Shown: positions 13,898 to 28,672 of the stretch, piece after piece
Position numbering within the stretch: the first letter of the stretch is position 1
Layout: each line of letters begins with the position of its first letter
NCBI GenBank assembly: GCA_002269645.1
Contig: NIVC01003733.1
Location: 15,720-79,719, forward strand
Source of the DNA: Macrostomum lignano
Lineage: Eukaryota
Direction of reading: 5' to 3'
Length of the DNA stretch: 64,000 nt
Position numbers and translations under genes: made by a program
The notes under the pieces: model-generated
Seen by the model: the letters and a program-made list of their open reading frames with translations, nothing else
Databases searched by the model: none
What the model was told of the DNA's origin: nothing

Positions 13898-14547
13898 AGG
13901 GAAAGCAGAAGTGGACAAAGTGAATCTAGGGCAGAGGAATGGGGAGACTCAGCACAGATATCTGTAACATTTGAACACGAGTTGCGCATGCCAACGGGGC
14001 CCATGAAGCGCGAGACAGCCGCCATCTGGCGGTCTCTTGGATTAGAGCCGGAGCCATCCTCCCTACTTCTAGACAGTAGTACTGCCCGGAGCAGTAGGCA
14101 TTAGAATAATCCCCTCTACAATCCTTGATAATCCTAAACTGCTCCAGCCAAGGCGGTACAGCGAGTGATTGATGCGGTGGGGCTTGAACTGGAGCCTGAG
14201 CCCCGGACTCAACATAATTGCTGGCGGGGCTTCATCAAATCTTCGGAACCGCCCTCGCATGTTCCCGGCTTGCAGCCCGGCCGGCTCGTTAAGGCCACTC
14301 TGGAAAATCTGCTTTTGCTGCTACTGCTGCGGAGTCCTGCAACGCTGTTAAATTCTCTGTCGCCCAGAAGAGAAAAAATGTTCTCTAGAAATTCTCCTCC
14401 TCCTAGAAGCGACAGACTCTTCGCGAGATTATTCAAATTAACCAATCAGATTTCGGAGGATTGAGGATGACTTGGTAAGCCGTGAGGCAGGAGGCACTCT
14501 CTGGATTGATTTTTATCTCTGAGGTTCTCAGTTGGAAATCTAAAGAT

Positions 14548-15322
14548 TCACTCTAGGAAATCTCTAGATTCACTCTAGGAAATCTCTAGATTCACTCTAG
14601 GAAATCTCTAGATTCACTCTAGGAAATCTCTAGATTCACTTTAGGAAATCTCTAGATTCAATCTAGGAAATCTCTTGATCCACTTTAGGATATCTCTAGA
14701 TTCGCTCTATGAAATCCCAAGATCCACTCTAGGAAATCTCTAGATTCAATCTAGGAAATCTCTAAATCCACTCTAGGAAATCTCTAGATTCGCTCTATGA
14801 AATCCCAAGATCCACTCTAGGAAATCTCTAGATTCAATCTAGGAAATCTCTAAATCCACTCTAGGAAATCTCTAGATCCATTCTAAGAAATCTCTACATA
14901 TAGATTCACTCTAGATAATCTCTAGATTCGCTCTAAGAAATCTCTAGATTCATTCTAGGAAATCTCTAGATCCATTTTAGGAAATCTCTAGATCCATTCT
15001 AGGAAATATCTACATATAGATCCATTCTAGGAAATATCTACATATAGATCCATTCTAGGAAATCTCTAAATTCACCCTAGGAAATTTCTAGATCCATTCT
15101 AGGAAATCTCTACATATAGATTCACAGTAGGAAATCTCTAGATTCGCTCTCTAAAAAATCTCTAGATCCATTCTAGGAAATCTCTAAATCCATTCTGTGA
15201 AATCTCTAGATCCACTCTAGGAAGTTTCTAGATATAGTTTAGGAAATCTCTACATCCATTCTTGTAAATCTCAAGATCCACTCTAGGAAATCTCTAGATC
15301 CACTCCAGGAAATCTCTAGATC
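14548..15322. repeat. ~22-bp diverged minisatellite (CTAGGAAATCTCTAGATTCACT)
   Basis: Direct reading. Confidence 0.9.
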
Positions 15323-16004
15323 CGCAAAAATCTTACATGACTCTTCCAAATCTTAGAAATTATGTAAGATGTAGGTCCCTATTATCTAGTAATAAATCTA
15401 GGTTTATATATTAATATATGGCTCGTATTCTATATAAGAGCAGACCATAGAGCCATGATCATCTCTGTGCACATAAAATAGCTTGTCTGGACAAGCGGGC
15501 TCCCGAAGGGATTCAAATCCAATTGTCATGAAGCAGGCAGGATTCACTGCCCAGCAACTAAATCGGATTAGGCCTGTGGCTGTGGCGGTGTCTATCTGGG
15601 GGGGGATTAAGCTAGAAGGCGGTGCGTGAGCAGTCGGACTCAAACTGGATTCCCGAGTTCGAGCTGAAATCCAGGAAAAAAAATTATAGCATGAAACAGC
15701 TCCTCAGACATGTGCTTGTTAGCGTTTGGGTTACCGCCTCCAGAGTAAAATGTAAGTAAGAATCTACATGCACATGAGAAACAGAATCCAATGTGAATAA
15801 ATAAGCTGGGCACGGCTCGGATTCTTTGTGGTCGATCGATGCTCTGAGGGGGGCAGCTGCCGCTCAGACCGACAGGCTCACCGGTGCGTGCATTAATAAT
15901 TGTGCGCCCCACCGACATCTTGGTGAGGGAGATCTGATCAGAGTTTGAGCTACACTTGAGGGATTTGTCCTCAAGGCTGACTAGTTGAGAGCATAGGTTT
16001 GATG

Positions 16005-16089
<85 letters not shown>

Positions 16090-16181
16090 CTCTGACAGAC
16101 AGACAGACAGACAGACAGACACTCTGACAGACAGACAGACAGACACTCTGACAGGCAGACAGACAGACAGACAGACACTCT

Positions 16182-16219
<38 letters not shown>

Positions 16220-16220
16220 A

Positions 16221-16265
<45 letters not shown>

Positions 16266-16266
16266 G
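16005..16266. repeat. (GACA)n microsatellite
   Basis: Direct reading. Confidence 0.95.
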
Positions 16267-16277
16267 CCCGAGCTCAC

Positions 16278-16364
16278 CTGAGCTTCCGACTGCAAGTCAC
16301 CAATGGTTTGTGAAGCCACCAGCCGAGACGCGGCCCCAGATTGAGGCTGCGGAGCCGCCGACAT
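16278..16364 (-). CDS. ANK: Candidate distal alternative first coding exon of ankyrin, [29 protein letters not shown]
   Basis: ATG at 16364, CAG|GTGAGC donor, 87 nt, phase 0; low-complexity P/Q/A composition as in ankyrin N-termini. Confidence 0.45.
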
Positions 16365-16570
16365 CCCTCGCTAGATAATGACTGGATTATCTAGGGAGAT
16401 TATTGAGGAGGCTTAACAATACGCCAATTCGGCAAAGTGCCAAAATGCTTTGAATGATTGCTTCTAAAAAGAGACGTCTGAATCTCGCCTGGAGGTTTTG
16501 ACCAGTGCGGCAACCCCAGCTGCCTACTATAATATCCTGCTCAGCTGCCCCACCCGTCATCCGGTCTCAC

Positions 16571-16636
16571 CGCGCCCAGCCTCTCCGCGTCAGTCGGTCT
16601 TAGCCAACAGACTGTCCTGTTCTCCTCTACTGACAT
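16571..16636 (-). CDS. Candidate distal alternative first coding exon of ankyrin, MSVEENRTVCWLRPTDAERLGA
   Basis: ATG to GCG|GTGAGA donor, 66 nt, phase 0; no homology support. Confidence 0.3.
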
Positions 16637-17059
16637 CCTTGAGCTGTTATTGGACCATAGAAGAGTGCGAGAAGGGGAGGAGAGAGGGAGTGGCAGACAG
16701 AATTCCGGACGCACTAATTCCCCCCCCCCCAACGCTGAGACGGATTTTAGGGTTGCCGGAGAAGTGCTTCACTGATGCATATTTTTGGTCTGGCAGGGAG
16801 TCTTGTTGTCTGCGTCTGTCTGGCTGTCTGTGCGGTCTGTCTCCTTCCTGTCCTTCATCTCCGTGTAGCCTGAATTGCGCGTTAAGTGTTCTTCAACCTC
16901 TGTGGGTGCCAATGGTTTCGGCATTCAAGAGCGCCGTGGAGAAGCTTGGCTGAGCAAACCAATAAAATGGGAAAACTTCTGGCGTCTAGGGATTATGGAA
17001 AGGGATTTTAGATTGTCTTCTTTAGAGCTCGTCTGTTTGAGGTCTGTTTTTTCTCACTT

Positions 17060-17395
17060 TCTTAGTGTCTGTTTTAATGTCTGTCTAAGTGTCAATTTCC
17101 TCAGTGTCTGTCTGAGTGTCTGTCTGAGTGTCTGTCTGAGTATCTGTCTGAGTGTCTGTCTGAGTGTCTGTCTGAGTGTCTGTCTGTCTGTCTGTCTGAG
17201 TGTCTGTCTGAGTATCTGTCTGAGTGTCTGTCTGAGTGTCTGTCTGAGTGTCTGTCTGAGTGTCTGTCTGTCTGTCTGTCTGAGTGTCTGTCTGAGTGTC
17301 TGTCTGAGTGTCTGTCTGAGTGTCTGTCTGAGTGTCTGTCCGAGTGTCTGTCTGAGTGTCTGATTGTCTGTCTGAGTGTCTGTCTGAGTGTCTTT
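17060..17395. repeat. 12-bp minisatellite (GTGTCTGTCTGA)
   Basis: Direct reading. Confidence 0.9.
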
Positions 17396-18150
17396 CAGCC
17401 TGTCCGCCACATGACCCAGTGCAGCTGGGTGATCATCTCCCCAGCCGCAGATGAAGCTTCGGTGCCTGCTAAAAAATACATGCTCAGCTTGAATATTTAA
17501 AATTTTGTTCCTCAGCAGCAGCTGTCGGACTAAGTAAAGCAGCAAATGGCTCTTTTGCTTCCAGGAGAGAAGAAATGACACAAGGAGTCGGAGCCGACAG
17601 GGCTGCATCTTGAGGAGATTGGTTTGCTCAGAGAATTCCTCGCTCTAGTTGCCTCCGAAGCTGCCACTCAGCCGTCCCTCTTGGCCGCGCGGCTTTTCCA
17701 AGAAACCTCTCTTGTGTCCGGGCAAAGTTCAATAATTAACTTCCCCTTGGCAACTCCTCCTGCCGAGGACTAAGGTTCTAGAATAGATTTGCTTTCTACC
17801 ACTGCCGGCCCTCCCGCCTCCTTCATCCAACAGGCACCCATCTCCCATCTCAGCCACTCTGTCTCGCGTGGCCAATTTCCTTGCGGCTTCTAAAATGGCT
17901 GACTAGGGGGCAGTCGGGGAGTGAAAGACTGGGAAAGTAATTTGCCCGACTGACTTTGTTTCGACCGGATCTGTCGCTAGAGACTGTGGCTGCGTCTTTT
18001 GGGTTTTATTTTTCTAGAAGATTTCTGAATTTTATGGTTTCGATTAGACTTTTCCATTTGAAGAGTAGACATGCTCGTAGATGATGGGAGATGAGAGATG
18101 AGGATATCAATGAATGATAGCTAATGTTAGACGATTGGTGAATGATTATA

Positions 18151-21100
18151 GGTGATGGCAGATGATGGTAGATGATAGTAGATGATGGTAGATGATAGTA
18201 GATGATGGTAGATGATGGTAGATGATGGTAGAAGATGGTAGATGATGGTAGATGATAGTAGATGATAGTAGATGATGGTAGATGATGGTAGATGATAGTA
18301 GATGATAGTAGATGATGGTAGATGATGATAGATGATGGTAGATGATGGTAGATGATAGTAGATGATGGTAGATGATGGTAGATGATGGTAAATGATAGTA
18401 GATGATGGTAGATGATAGTAGATGATGGTAGATGATGGTAGATGATAGTAGATGATAGTAGATAATGGTAGATGATAGTAGATGATAGTAGATGATGGTA
18501 GATGATGGTAGATGATGGTAGATGATGGTAGATGATGGTAGATGATGGTAGATGATAGTAGATGATGGTAGATGATAGTAGATGATGGTAGATGATAGTA
18601 GATGATAGTAGATGATGGTAGATGATGGTAGATGATGGTAGATGATGGTAGATGATGGTAGATGATGGTAGATGATAGTAGATGATGGTAGATGATAGTA
18701 GATGATAGTAGATGATAGTAGATGATGGTAGATGATGGTAGATGATGGTAGATGATTGTAGATGATGGTAGATGATGGTAGATGATGGTACATGATAGTA
18801 GATGATGGTAGATGATAGTAGATGATAGTAGATGATAGTAGATGATGGTAGATGATGGTAGATGATGGTAGATGATGGTAGATGATGGTAGATGATGGTA
18901 GATGATGGAAGATGATGGTAGATGATAGTAGATGATGGTAGATGATGGTAGATGATGGTAGATGACGGTAGATGATGGTAGATGATGGTAGATGATGGTA
19001 GATGATGGTAGATGATAGTAGTTGATAGTAGATGATGGTAGATGATAGTAGATGATGGTAGATGATAGTAAATGATAGTAGATGATGGTAGATGATAGTA
19101 GATGATGGTAGATGATGGTAGATGATGGTAGATGATGGTAGATGATGGTAGATGATGGTAGATGATGGAAGATGATGGTAGAGGATAGTAGATGATGGTA
19201 GATGATGGTAGATGATGGTAGATGATGGTAGATGACGGTAGATGGTGGTAGATGATGGTAGATGATGGTAGATGATGGTAGATGATAGTAGATGATGGTA
19301 GATGATAGTAGATGATGGTAGATGATGGTAGATGATGCTAGATGATGCTAGATGATGCTAGATGATGGTAGATGATAGTAGATGATGGTAGATGATGGTA
19401 GATGATGATAGATGATGGTAGATGATGGTAGATGATAGTAGATGATGGTAGATGATGGTAGATGATAGTAGTTGATAGTAGATGATAGTAGATGATGGTA
19501 GATGATGGTAGATGATGGTAGATGATGGTAGATGATGATAGATGATAGTAGATGATGGTAGATGATGGTAGATGATGGTAGATGATGGTAGATGATGGTA
19601 GATGATAGTAGATGACGGTAGATGATGGTAGATGATGGTAGATGATAGTAGATGATGGTAGATGATGGTAGATGATGGTAGATGATGATAGATGATGATA
19701 GATGATGGTAGATGATGGTAGATGATGGTAGATGATAGTAGATGATGGTAGATGATGGTAGATGATGGTAGATGATGATAGATGATGATAGATGATGGTA
19801 GATGATGGTAGATGATGGTAGATGATGGAAGATGATGGTAGATGATAGTAGATGATGGTAGATGATGGTAGATGATGGTAGATGATGGTAGATGATGGTA
19901 GATGATGGTAGATGATGGTAGATGATGGTAGATGATGGTAGATGATGCTAGATGATGGTAGATGATAGTAGATGATGGTAGATGATGGTAGATGATGGCA
20001 GATGATGGTAGATGATGGTAGATGATAGTAGATGATGGTAGATGATGGTAGATGATGGCAGATGATGGTAGATGATGGTAGATGATAGTAGATGATGGTA
20101 GATGATAGTAGATGATAGTAGATGATGGTAGATGATGGTAGATGATGATAGATGATGATAGATGATGGTAGATGATGGTAGATGATGGTAGATGATAGTA
20201 GATGATGGTAGATGATGGTAGATGATGGTAGATGATGATAGATGATGATAGATGATGGTAGATGATGGTAGATGATGGTAGATGATGGAAGATGATGGTA
20301 GATGATAGTAGATGATGGTAGATGATGGTAGATGATGGTAGATGATGGTAGATGACGGTAGATGATGGTAGATGATGGTAGATGATGGTAGATGATGGTA
20401 GATGATGGTAGATGATGGTAGATGATGGTAGATGATGGTAGATGATGGTAGATGATAGTAGATGATGGTAGATGATGGTAGATGATGGTAGATGATGGTA
20501 GATGATAGTAGATGATGGTAGATGATGGTAGATGATGGTAGATGATAGTAGATGATGGTAGATGATAGTAGATGATAGTAGATAATGGTAGATGATAGTA
20601 GATTATAGTAGATGATGGTAGATGATGGTAGATGATGGTAGATGATAGTAGATGATGGTAGATGATAGTAGATGATGGTAGATGATAGTAGATGATGGTA
20701 GATGATGGTAGATGATGGTAGATGATGGTAGATGATGGTAGATGATGGTAGATGATAGTAGATGATGGTAGATGATAGTAGATGATAGTAGATAATGGTA
20801 GATGATAGTAGATGATAGTAGATGATGGTAGATGATGGTAGATGATGGTAGATGATGGTAGATGATGGTAGATGATAGTAGATGATGGTAGATGATAGTA
20901 GATGATAGTAGATGATGGTAGATGATGGTAGATGATGGTAGATGATAGTAGATGATGGTAGATGATAGTAGATGATGGTAGATGATGGTAGATGATGGTA
21001 GATGATGGTAGATGATGGTAGATGATGGTAGATGATGGTAGATGATGGTAGATGATGGTAGATGATGGTAGATGATGGTAGATGATGGTAGATGATGGTA

Positions 21101-24100
21101 GATGATAGTAGATGATGGTAGATGATAGTAGATGATGGTAGATGATAGTAGATGATGATAGATGATGGTAGATGATGGTAGATGATGATAGATGATGATA
21201 GATGATGGTAGATGATGGTAGATGATGGTGGATGATGGTAGATGATAGTAGATGATGGTAGATGATGGTAGATGATAGTAGATGATAGTAGATGATGGTA
21301 GATGATGGTAGATGATGCTAGATGATGGTAGATGATAGTAGATGATGGTAGATGATGGTAGATGATGGCAGATGATGGTAGATGATGGTAGATGATAGTA
21401 GATGATGGTAGATGATGGTAGATGATAGTAGTTGATAGTAGATGATAGTAGATGATGGTAGATGATGGTAGATGATGGTAGATGATGGTAGATGATGATA
21501 GATGATAGTAGATGATGGTAGATGATGGTAGATGATGGTAGATGATGGTAGATGATGGTAGATGATAGTAGATGACGGTAGATGATAGTAGATGATGGTA
21601 GATGATGGTAGATGATGGTAGATGATGGTAGATGATGGTAGATGATGGTAGATGATGGTAGATGATGATAGATGATGATAGATGATGGTAGATGATGGTA
21701 GATGATGGTAGATGATAGTAGATGATGGTAGATGATGGTAGATGATGGTAGATGATGATAGATGATGATAGATGATAGTAGATGATGGTAGATGATAGTA
21801 GATGATGGTAGATGATGGTAGATGATGGTAGATGATGGTAGATGACGGTAGATGATGGTAGATGATGGTAGATGATAGTAGATGACGGTAGATGATGGTA
21901 GATGATGGTAGATGATAGTAGATGATGGTAGATGATAGTAGATGATGGTAGATGATGGTAGATGATGGTAGATGATAGTAAATGATGGTAGATGATAGTA
22001 GATGATAGTAGATGATAGTAGATGATGGTAGATGATGGTAGATGATGGTAGATGATGGTAGATGATGATAGATGATAGTAGATGATGGTAGATGATGGTA
22101 GATGATGGTAGATGATGGTAGATGATGGTAGATGATAGTAGATGACGGTAGATGATGGTAGATGATGGTAGATGATAGTAGATGATGGTAGATGATAGTA
22201 GATGATGGTAGATGATGATAGATGATGATAGATGATGGTAGATGATGGTAGATGATGATAGATGATGATAGATGATGGTAGATGATGGTAGATGATGGTG
22301 GATGATGGTAGATGATGGTAGATGATGGTAGATGATGCTAGATGATGGTAGATGATAGTAGATGATGGTAGATGATGGTAGATGATGGCAGATGATGGTA
22401 GATGATGGTAGATGATAGTAGATGATGGTAGATGATGGTAGATGATAGTAGTTGATAGTAGATGATAGTAGATGATGGTAGATGATGGTAGATGATGGTA
22501 GATGATGGTAGATGATGGTAGATGATAGTAGATGATGGTAGATGATAGTAGATGATGGTAGATGATGGTAGATGATGGTAGATGATAGTAGATGACGGTA
22601 GATGATGGTAGATGATGGTAGATGATAGTAGATGATGGTAGATGATGGTAGATGATGATAGATGATGATAGATGATAGTAGATGATGGTAGATGATGGTA
22701 GATGATAGTAGATGATGGTAGATGATGGTAGATGATGGTAGATGATGATAGATGATGATAGATGATGGTAGATGATGGTAGATGATGGTAGATGATGGAA
22801 GATGATGGTAGATGATAGTAGATGATGGTAGATGATGGTAGATGATGGTAGATGATGGTAGATGACGGTAGATGATGGTAGATGATGGTAGATGATGGTA
22901 GATGATGGTAGATGATGGTAGATGATGGTAGATGATAGTAGATGATGGTAGATGATAGTAGATGATGGTAGATGATGGTAGATGATGCTAGATGATGGTA
23001 GATGATAGTAGATGATGGTAGATGATGGTAGATGATGGCAGATGATGGTAGATGATGGTAGATGATAGTAGATGATGGTAGATGATGGTAGATGATGGCA
23101 GATGATGGTAGATGATGGTAGATGATAGTAGATGATGGTAGATGATGGTAGATGATAGTAGATGATGGTAGATGATGGTAGATGATGATAGATGATGATA
23201 GATGATGGTAGATGATGGTAGATGATGGTAGATGATAGTAGATGATGGTAGATGATGGTAGATGATGATAGATGATGATAGATGATGATAGATGATGGTA
23301 GATGATGGTAGATGATGGTAGATGATGGTAGATGATGGTAGATGATGGTAGATGATGGTAGATGATGGTAGATGATGGTAGATGATGGTAGATGATGGTA
23401 GATGATGGTAGATGATGGTAGATGATGGTAGATGATGGTAGATGATGGTAGATGATGGTAGATGATAGTAGATGATGGTAGATGATAGTAGATGATGGTA
23501 GATGATGGTAGATGATAGTAGATGATGGTAGATGATGGTAGATGATGGCAGATGATGGTAGATGATGGTAGATGATAGTAGATGATGGTAGATGATGGTA
23601 GATGATAGTAGATGATGGTAGATGATGGTAGATGATAGTAGATGATGGTAGATGATGGTAGATGATAGTAGATGATGGTAGATGATGGTAGATGATAGTA
23701 GATGATGGTAGATGATAGTAGATGATAGTAGATGATGGTAGATGATAGTAGATGATAGTAGATGATGGTAGATGATAGTAGATGATAGTAGATGATGGTA
23801 GATGATAGTAGATGATAGTAGATGATGGTAGATGATAGTAGATGATAGTAGATGATGGTAGATGATGGTAGATGATGGTAGATGATGGTAGATGATGGTA
23901 GATGATGGTAGATGATGGTAGATGATGGTAGATGATGGTAGATGATGGTAGATGATGGTAGATGATGGTAGATGATGGTAGATGATGGTAGATGATGGTA
24001 GATGATGGTAGATGATGGTAGATGATGGTAGATGATGTAGATGATGGTAGATGATGTAGATGATAGTAGATGATGGTAGATGATAGTAGATGATAGTAGA

Positions 24101-24940
24101 TGATGGTAGATGATAGTAGATGATGGTAGATGATAGTAGATGATGGTAGATGATGGTAGATGATGGTAGATGATAGTAGATGATGGTAGATGATGGTAGA
24201 TGATGGTAGATGATGGTAGATGATAGTAGATGATGGTAGATGATAGTAGATGATGGTAGATGATAGTAGATGATAGTAGATGATGGTAGATGATGGTAGA
24301 TGATAGTAGTTGATAGTAGATGATAGTAGATGATGGTAGATGATGGTAGATGATGGTAGATGATAGTAGATGATGGTAGATGATGGTAGATGATAGTAGA
24401 TGATGGTAGATGATAGTAGATGATGGTAGATGATAGTAGATGATGTAGATGATGGTAGATGATAGTAGATGATGGTAGATGATGGTAGATGATGGTAGAT
24501 GATAGTAGATGATGGTAGATGATAGTAGATGATAGTAGATGATAGTAGATGATGGTAGATGATAGTAGATGGCGGTAGATGATGGTAGATGATGGTAGAT
24601 GATAGTAGATGATGGTAGATGATAGTAGATGATGGTAGATGATGATAGATGATGGTAGATGATAGTAGATGATGGTAGATGATGGTAGATGATGATAGAT
24701 GATGGTAGATGATGGTAGATGATGGTAGATGATGGTAGATGATGGTAGATGATGGTAGATGATGGTAGATGATGATAGATGATGATAGATGATGGTAGAT
24801 GATGGTAGATGATGGTGGATGATGGTAGATGATAGTAGATGATGGTAGATGATGGTAGATGATGGTAGATGATGATAGATGATGATAGATGATGATAGAT
24901 GATGGTAGATGATGGTGGATGATGGTAGATGATGGTAGAT
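18151..24940. repeat. 10-bp satellite (GATGATGGTA / GATGATAGTA), ~6.8 kb, ~680 copies
   Basis: Direct reading; explains the 1687-aa and 877-aa HHLPSSTIIY pseudo-ORFs. Confidence 0.97.
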
Positions 24941-25714
24941 AATAATGAATCCAGCCTGAAACTCCTTTCATTCAATTTAAAAAAAATACATCGGCTTGAT
25001 ATTTTCCTCAACTAAAGTTTTTAAAATCCATCACTTGTGCCAGAGCAGCATTGATGGGAGAGCATTGTAAAAACTGTCAAATTTGTCTGTCAATTACTCA
25101 AATTGGTGTTGAAATGACAGGGCAGAGGGGGACCCAGGAGACTAATAGGAACGAGAAGGCAGTTAAAATATAAAATAATTGCAATATTTATATCCTTAGT
25201 ATTGGAATTCCTGCAGTGTATATTTTCTGCCCATCTAGCCCAATATAGGATAAAAATCCCAGACATTACGAGTAAATCCTATAAATTAATCACCCGCCCG
25301 GAAACCAAAGGGGTCCCATTTTATGGACACACGCAAGTCTGCGATCGGAATTGCTTGGCAAACATTAGAAAGTCGGGGGAGATTGGAGAGAGAAAACCGG
25401 GAAGACTGGCTCGCTACCCATTGGAAAGATCATTGATTTAATTGGCGAAAGTCAGATAAATAGAAAACTGGGTTGGTAGTACGGCTCAGCTGTCGAGGCT
25501 ACTGCATCAATAATATAACTGTGTCATGCACAATTGCGGCACATTGCAGTCCTGTCTCTTTTTTACCGGGTAGCTCCGCTATGCGCACTGACTGGGATCT
25601 GGCAAAAATTGTGGAATGGGACTAGCAGAGGGAGCGGAGAGAAGAGGAGGCAGATGGGAGAGGGGAGAGAATAGAGGGGTGAGTAGAGGGGTAAGAGCAG
25701 AGAAGGGAGAGTGG

Positions 25715-26470
25715 AGACGAGAGAGGAGAGGAGAAAAGAGGAGAGGAGAGGAGAGGAGAGGAGAGGAGAGGAGAGGAGAAGAGAGGAGAGGAGAGGAGAG
25801 GAGAGGAGAGGAGAAGAGAGGAGAGGAGAGGAGAGGAGAGGAGAAGAGAGGAGAGGAGAGGAGAGGAGAGGAGAGGAGACGAGAGGAGAGGAGAGGAGAG
25901 GAGACGAGAGGAGAGGAGACGAGAGGAGAGGAGAGGAGAGGAGAGGAGACGAGAGGAGACGAGAGGAGAGGAGACGAGAGGAGAGGAGACGAGAGGAGAG
26001 GAGAGGAGAGGAGAGGAGAAGAGAGGAGAGGAGAGGAGAGGAGAGGAGAGGAGAGGAGACGAGAGGAGAGGAGAGGAGAGGAGACGAGACGAGACGAGAG
26101 GAGAGGAGAGGAGAGGAGAGGAGAGGAGAGGAGAGGAGAGGAGAGGAGAGGAGAGGAGAGGAGAGGAGAGGAGAGGAGAGGAGAGGAGAGGAGAGGAGAG
26201 GAGAGGAGAGGAGAGGAGAGGAGAGGAGAGGAGAGGAGAGGAGAGGAGAGGAGAGGAGAGGAGAGGAGAGGAGAGGAGAGGAGAGGAGAGGAGAGGAGAG
26301 GAGAGGAGATGAGAGGAGAGGAGAGGAGAGGAGAGGAGATGAGAGGAGAGGAGATGAGAGGAGAGGAGACGAGAGGAGAGTAGAGAGAAGAGGAGAGAGT
26401 GGAGCGGAGCGAGGAGAGGAGAGAGGGGAGAAGAGAAGAGATAGTGGAGAGAAGAGGAGAGAGAGAGGGC
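25715..26470. repeat. (GAGAG)n pentamer microsatellite
   Basis: Direct reading. Confidence 0.95.
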
Positions 26471-26827
26471 GAGAGAGCGGAGTTATCCAACCCCAAAAGC
26501 AGTACCACGGCAACGCAGCTGTTTAAGCAAGTAAGTGCTGATATTTCGAATATTTCATAATCTTCCTCCGGCCTAATAATTGAGAGGAGAGGAGGAGACA
26601 GTTAACAAAGAGACGGAATCAAGAATCCAATTAGGTTAGAAACTCATCACAGACAGGAAAATGACCCTTGACAATTTTCCCGCCTCTGTCTATTTACCTT
26701 CAGCGTAACGGTGGGAATGAATATCCTGTTTTGGGACAATCTGTTTCTTTTGCTCAGCCAGAGTTTTAGGCTGCCTTGCATCTTTCAAGAGAAACACCAT
26801 GAGGCACCCAATTCGAGTACAGATTAA

Positions 26828-26848
26828 CTGACAGACAGACAGACAGGC

Positions 26849-26945
<97 letters not shown>

Positions 26946-26948
26946 GGC

Positions 26949-26989
<41 letters not shown>

Positions 26990-26996
26990 GGCAGGC

Positions 26997-27037
<41 letters not shown>

Positions 27038-27096
27038 CTAAGACAGACAGACAGACAGACACTAAGACAGACAGACAGACAGACAGACAGGCAGGC

Positions 27097-27133
<37 letters not shown>

Positions 27134-27160
27134 CTAAGACAGACAGACAGACAGACACTA

Positions 27161-27235
<75 letters not shown>
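26828..27235. repeat. (GACA)n microsatellite
   Basis: Direct reading. Confidence 0.95.
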
Positions 27236-27238
<3 letters not shown>

Positions 27239-27695
27239 CCTATCTCATGACTCCCTAAGCCTCCCCCATCAGCTGACATTAAAGGTGCTCATGAACAGTT
27301 CAATGGCTAGAGGAGGGTATCCCGGCTGCAATAATTCCCGGCCAGATCACTGAACTGAGAGACTATAATACTTTGCCTAGACTGGAACATAAAAACGTAG
27401 ATGGTAATCAGATGCCTAAGCGGATGATGATTATTACTTTTTATTTGAGTCCGCAGCAACTCAGCGTTGAGTGGCGGCTTGCGTGAGCGAGAGAGAGCGA
27501 GAGAGAGAGAGAGAGAATGAAAACAGTTCCAGCAGGCAGGAAGGCTGGCTGATTGAGAGATAAGGATGATAAATTATAGATTTGGCTACTGACTCAATAA
27601 GTTGCACGAATCAATTCATGCACGTTCATTTTTAAAGGATCAGCTAGTCGCGACCAATTCGTTTGTTAACGAAAATAATTTCTTTGCACATGTGC

Positions 27696-28672
27696 TTTTG
27701 CGCTTCTGTTTTGGCGCTTCTGTTTTGGCGCTTCTGTTTTGGCGCTTCTGTTTTGGCGCTTCTGTTTTGGCGCTATTGTTTTTGCGCTTCTGTTTTGGCG
27801 CTATTGTTTTGGCGCTATTGTTTTGGCGCTACTGTATTGGCGCCAAACTGTTTTGGCGCTTTTGTTTTGGCGCTTCTGTATTGGCGCCAAACTGTTTTGG
27901 CGCTTCTGTTTTAGCGCTTCTGTTTTGGCTCCAAACTGTTTTGGCGCTACTGTTTTGGCGCTTCTGTTTTGGCGCTTCTGTTTTGGCGCTTCTGTTTTGG
28001 CGCTTCTGTTTTGGCGCTTCTGTTTTGGCGCTTCTGTTTTGGCGCTTCTGTTTTGGCGCTTCTGTTTTGGCGCCAAACTGTTTTGGCGCTGTTGTTTTGG
28101 CGCTACTGTTTTGGCGCTTCTGTTTTGACGCTACTGTTTTGGCGCTTCTGTTTTGGCGCTTCTGTTTTGGCGCCAAACTGTTTTGGCGCTGTTGTTTTGG
28201 CGCTACTGTTTTGGTGCTTCTGTTTTGGCGCTTCTGTTTTGGCGCTGTTGTTTTGGCGCTACTGTTTTGGTGCTTCTGTTTTGGTGCTTCTGTTTTGGCG
28301 CTTCTGTTTTGGCGCTTCTGTTTTGGCGCTGTTGTTTTGGCGCTTCTGTTTTGGCGCTTCTGTTTTGGCGCTGTTGTTTTGGCGCTACTGTTTTAGCGCT
28401 TCTGTTTTGACGCTACTGTTTTGGCGCTTCTGTTTTGGCGCTTCTGTTTTGGCGCTTCTGTTTTGGCGCTTCTGTTTTAGCGCTTCTGTTTTGGCTCCAA
28501 ACTGTTTTGGCGCTACTGTTTTGGCGCTTCTGTTTTGGCGCTTCTGTTTTGGCGCTGTTGTTTTGGCGCTTCTGTTTTGGCGCTTCTGTTTTGGCGCCAA
28601 ACTGTTTTGGCGCTGTTGTTTTGGCGCTACTGCTTTGGCGCTTCTGTTTTGGCGCTGCTGTTTTGGCGCTAT
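27696..28672. repeat. 14-bp minisatellite (TTTTGGCGCTTCTG), ~70 units, with palindromic TTTGGCGCCAAA variants
   Basis: Direct reading. Confidence 0.95.

Noticed and set aside
14165-14476. Plus-strand 99-aa ORF with a nearby GTAAGC donor
   Set aside because: No recognisable homology, a stop precedes the donor, and no partner exons were found.
19948-25011. 1687-aa and 877-aa ORFs (HHLPSSTIIY repeats)
   Set aside because: Translations of a 10-bp satellite whose minus strand lacks stops in these frames; 1-nt slips switch frames freely.
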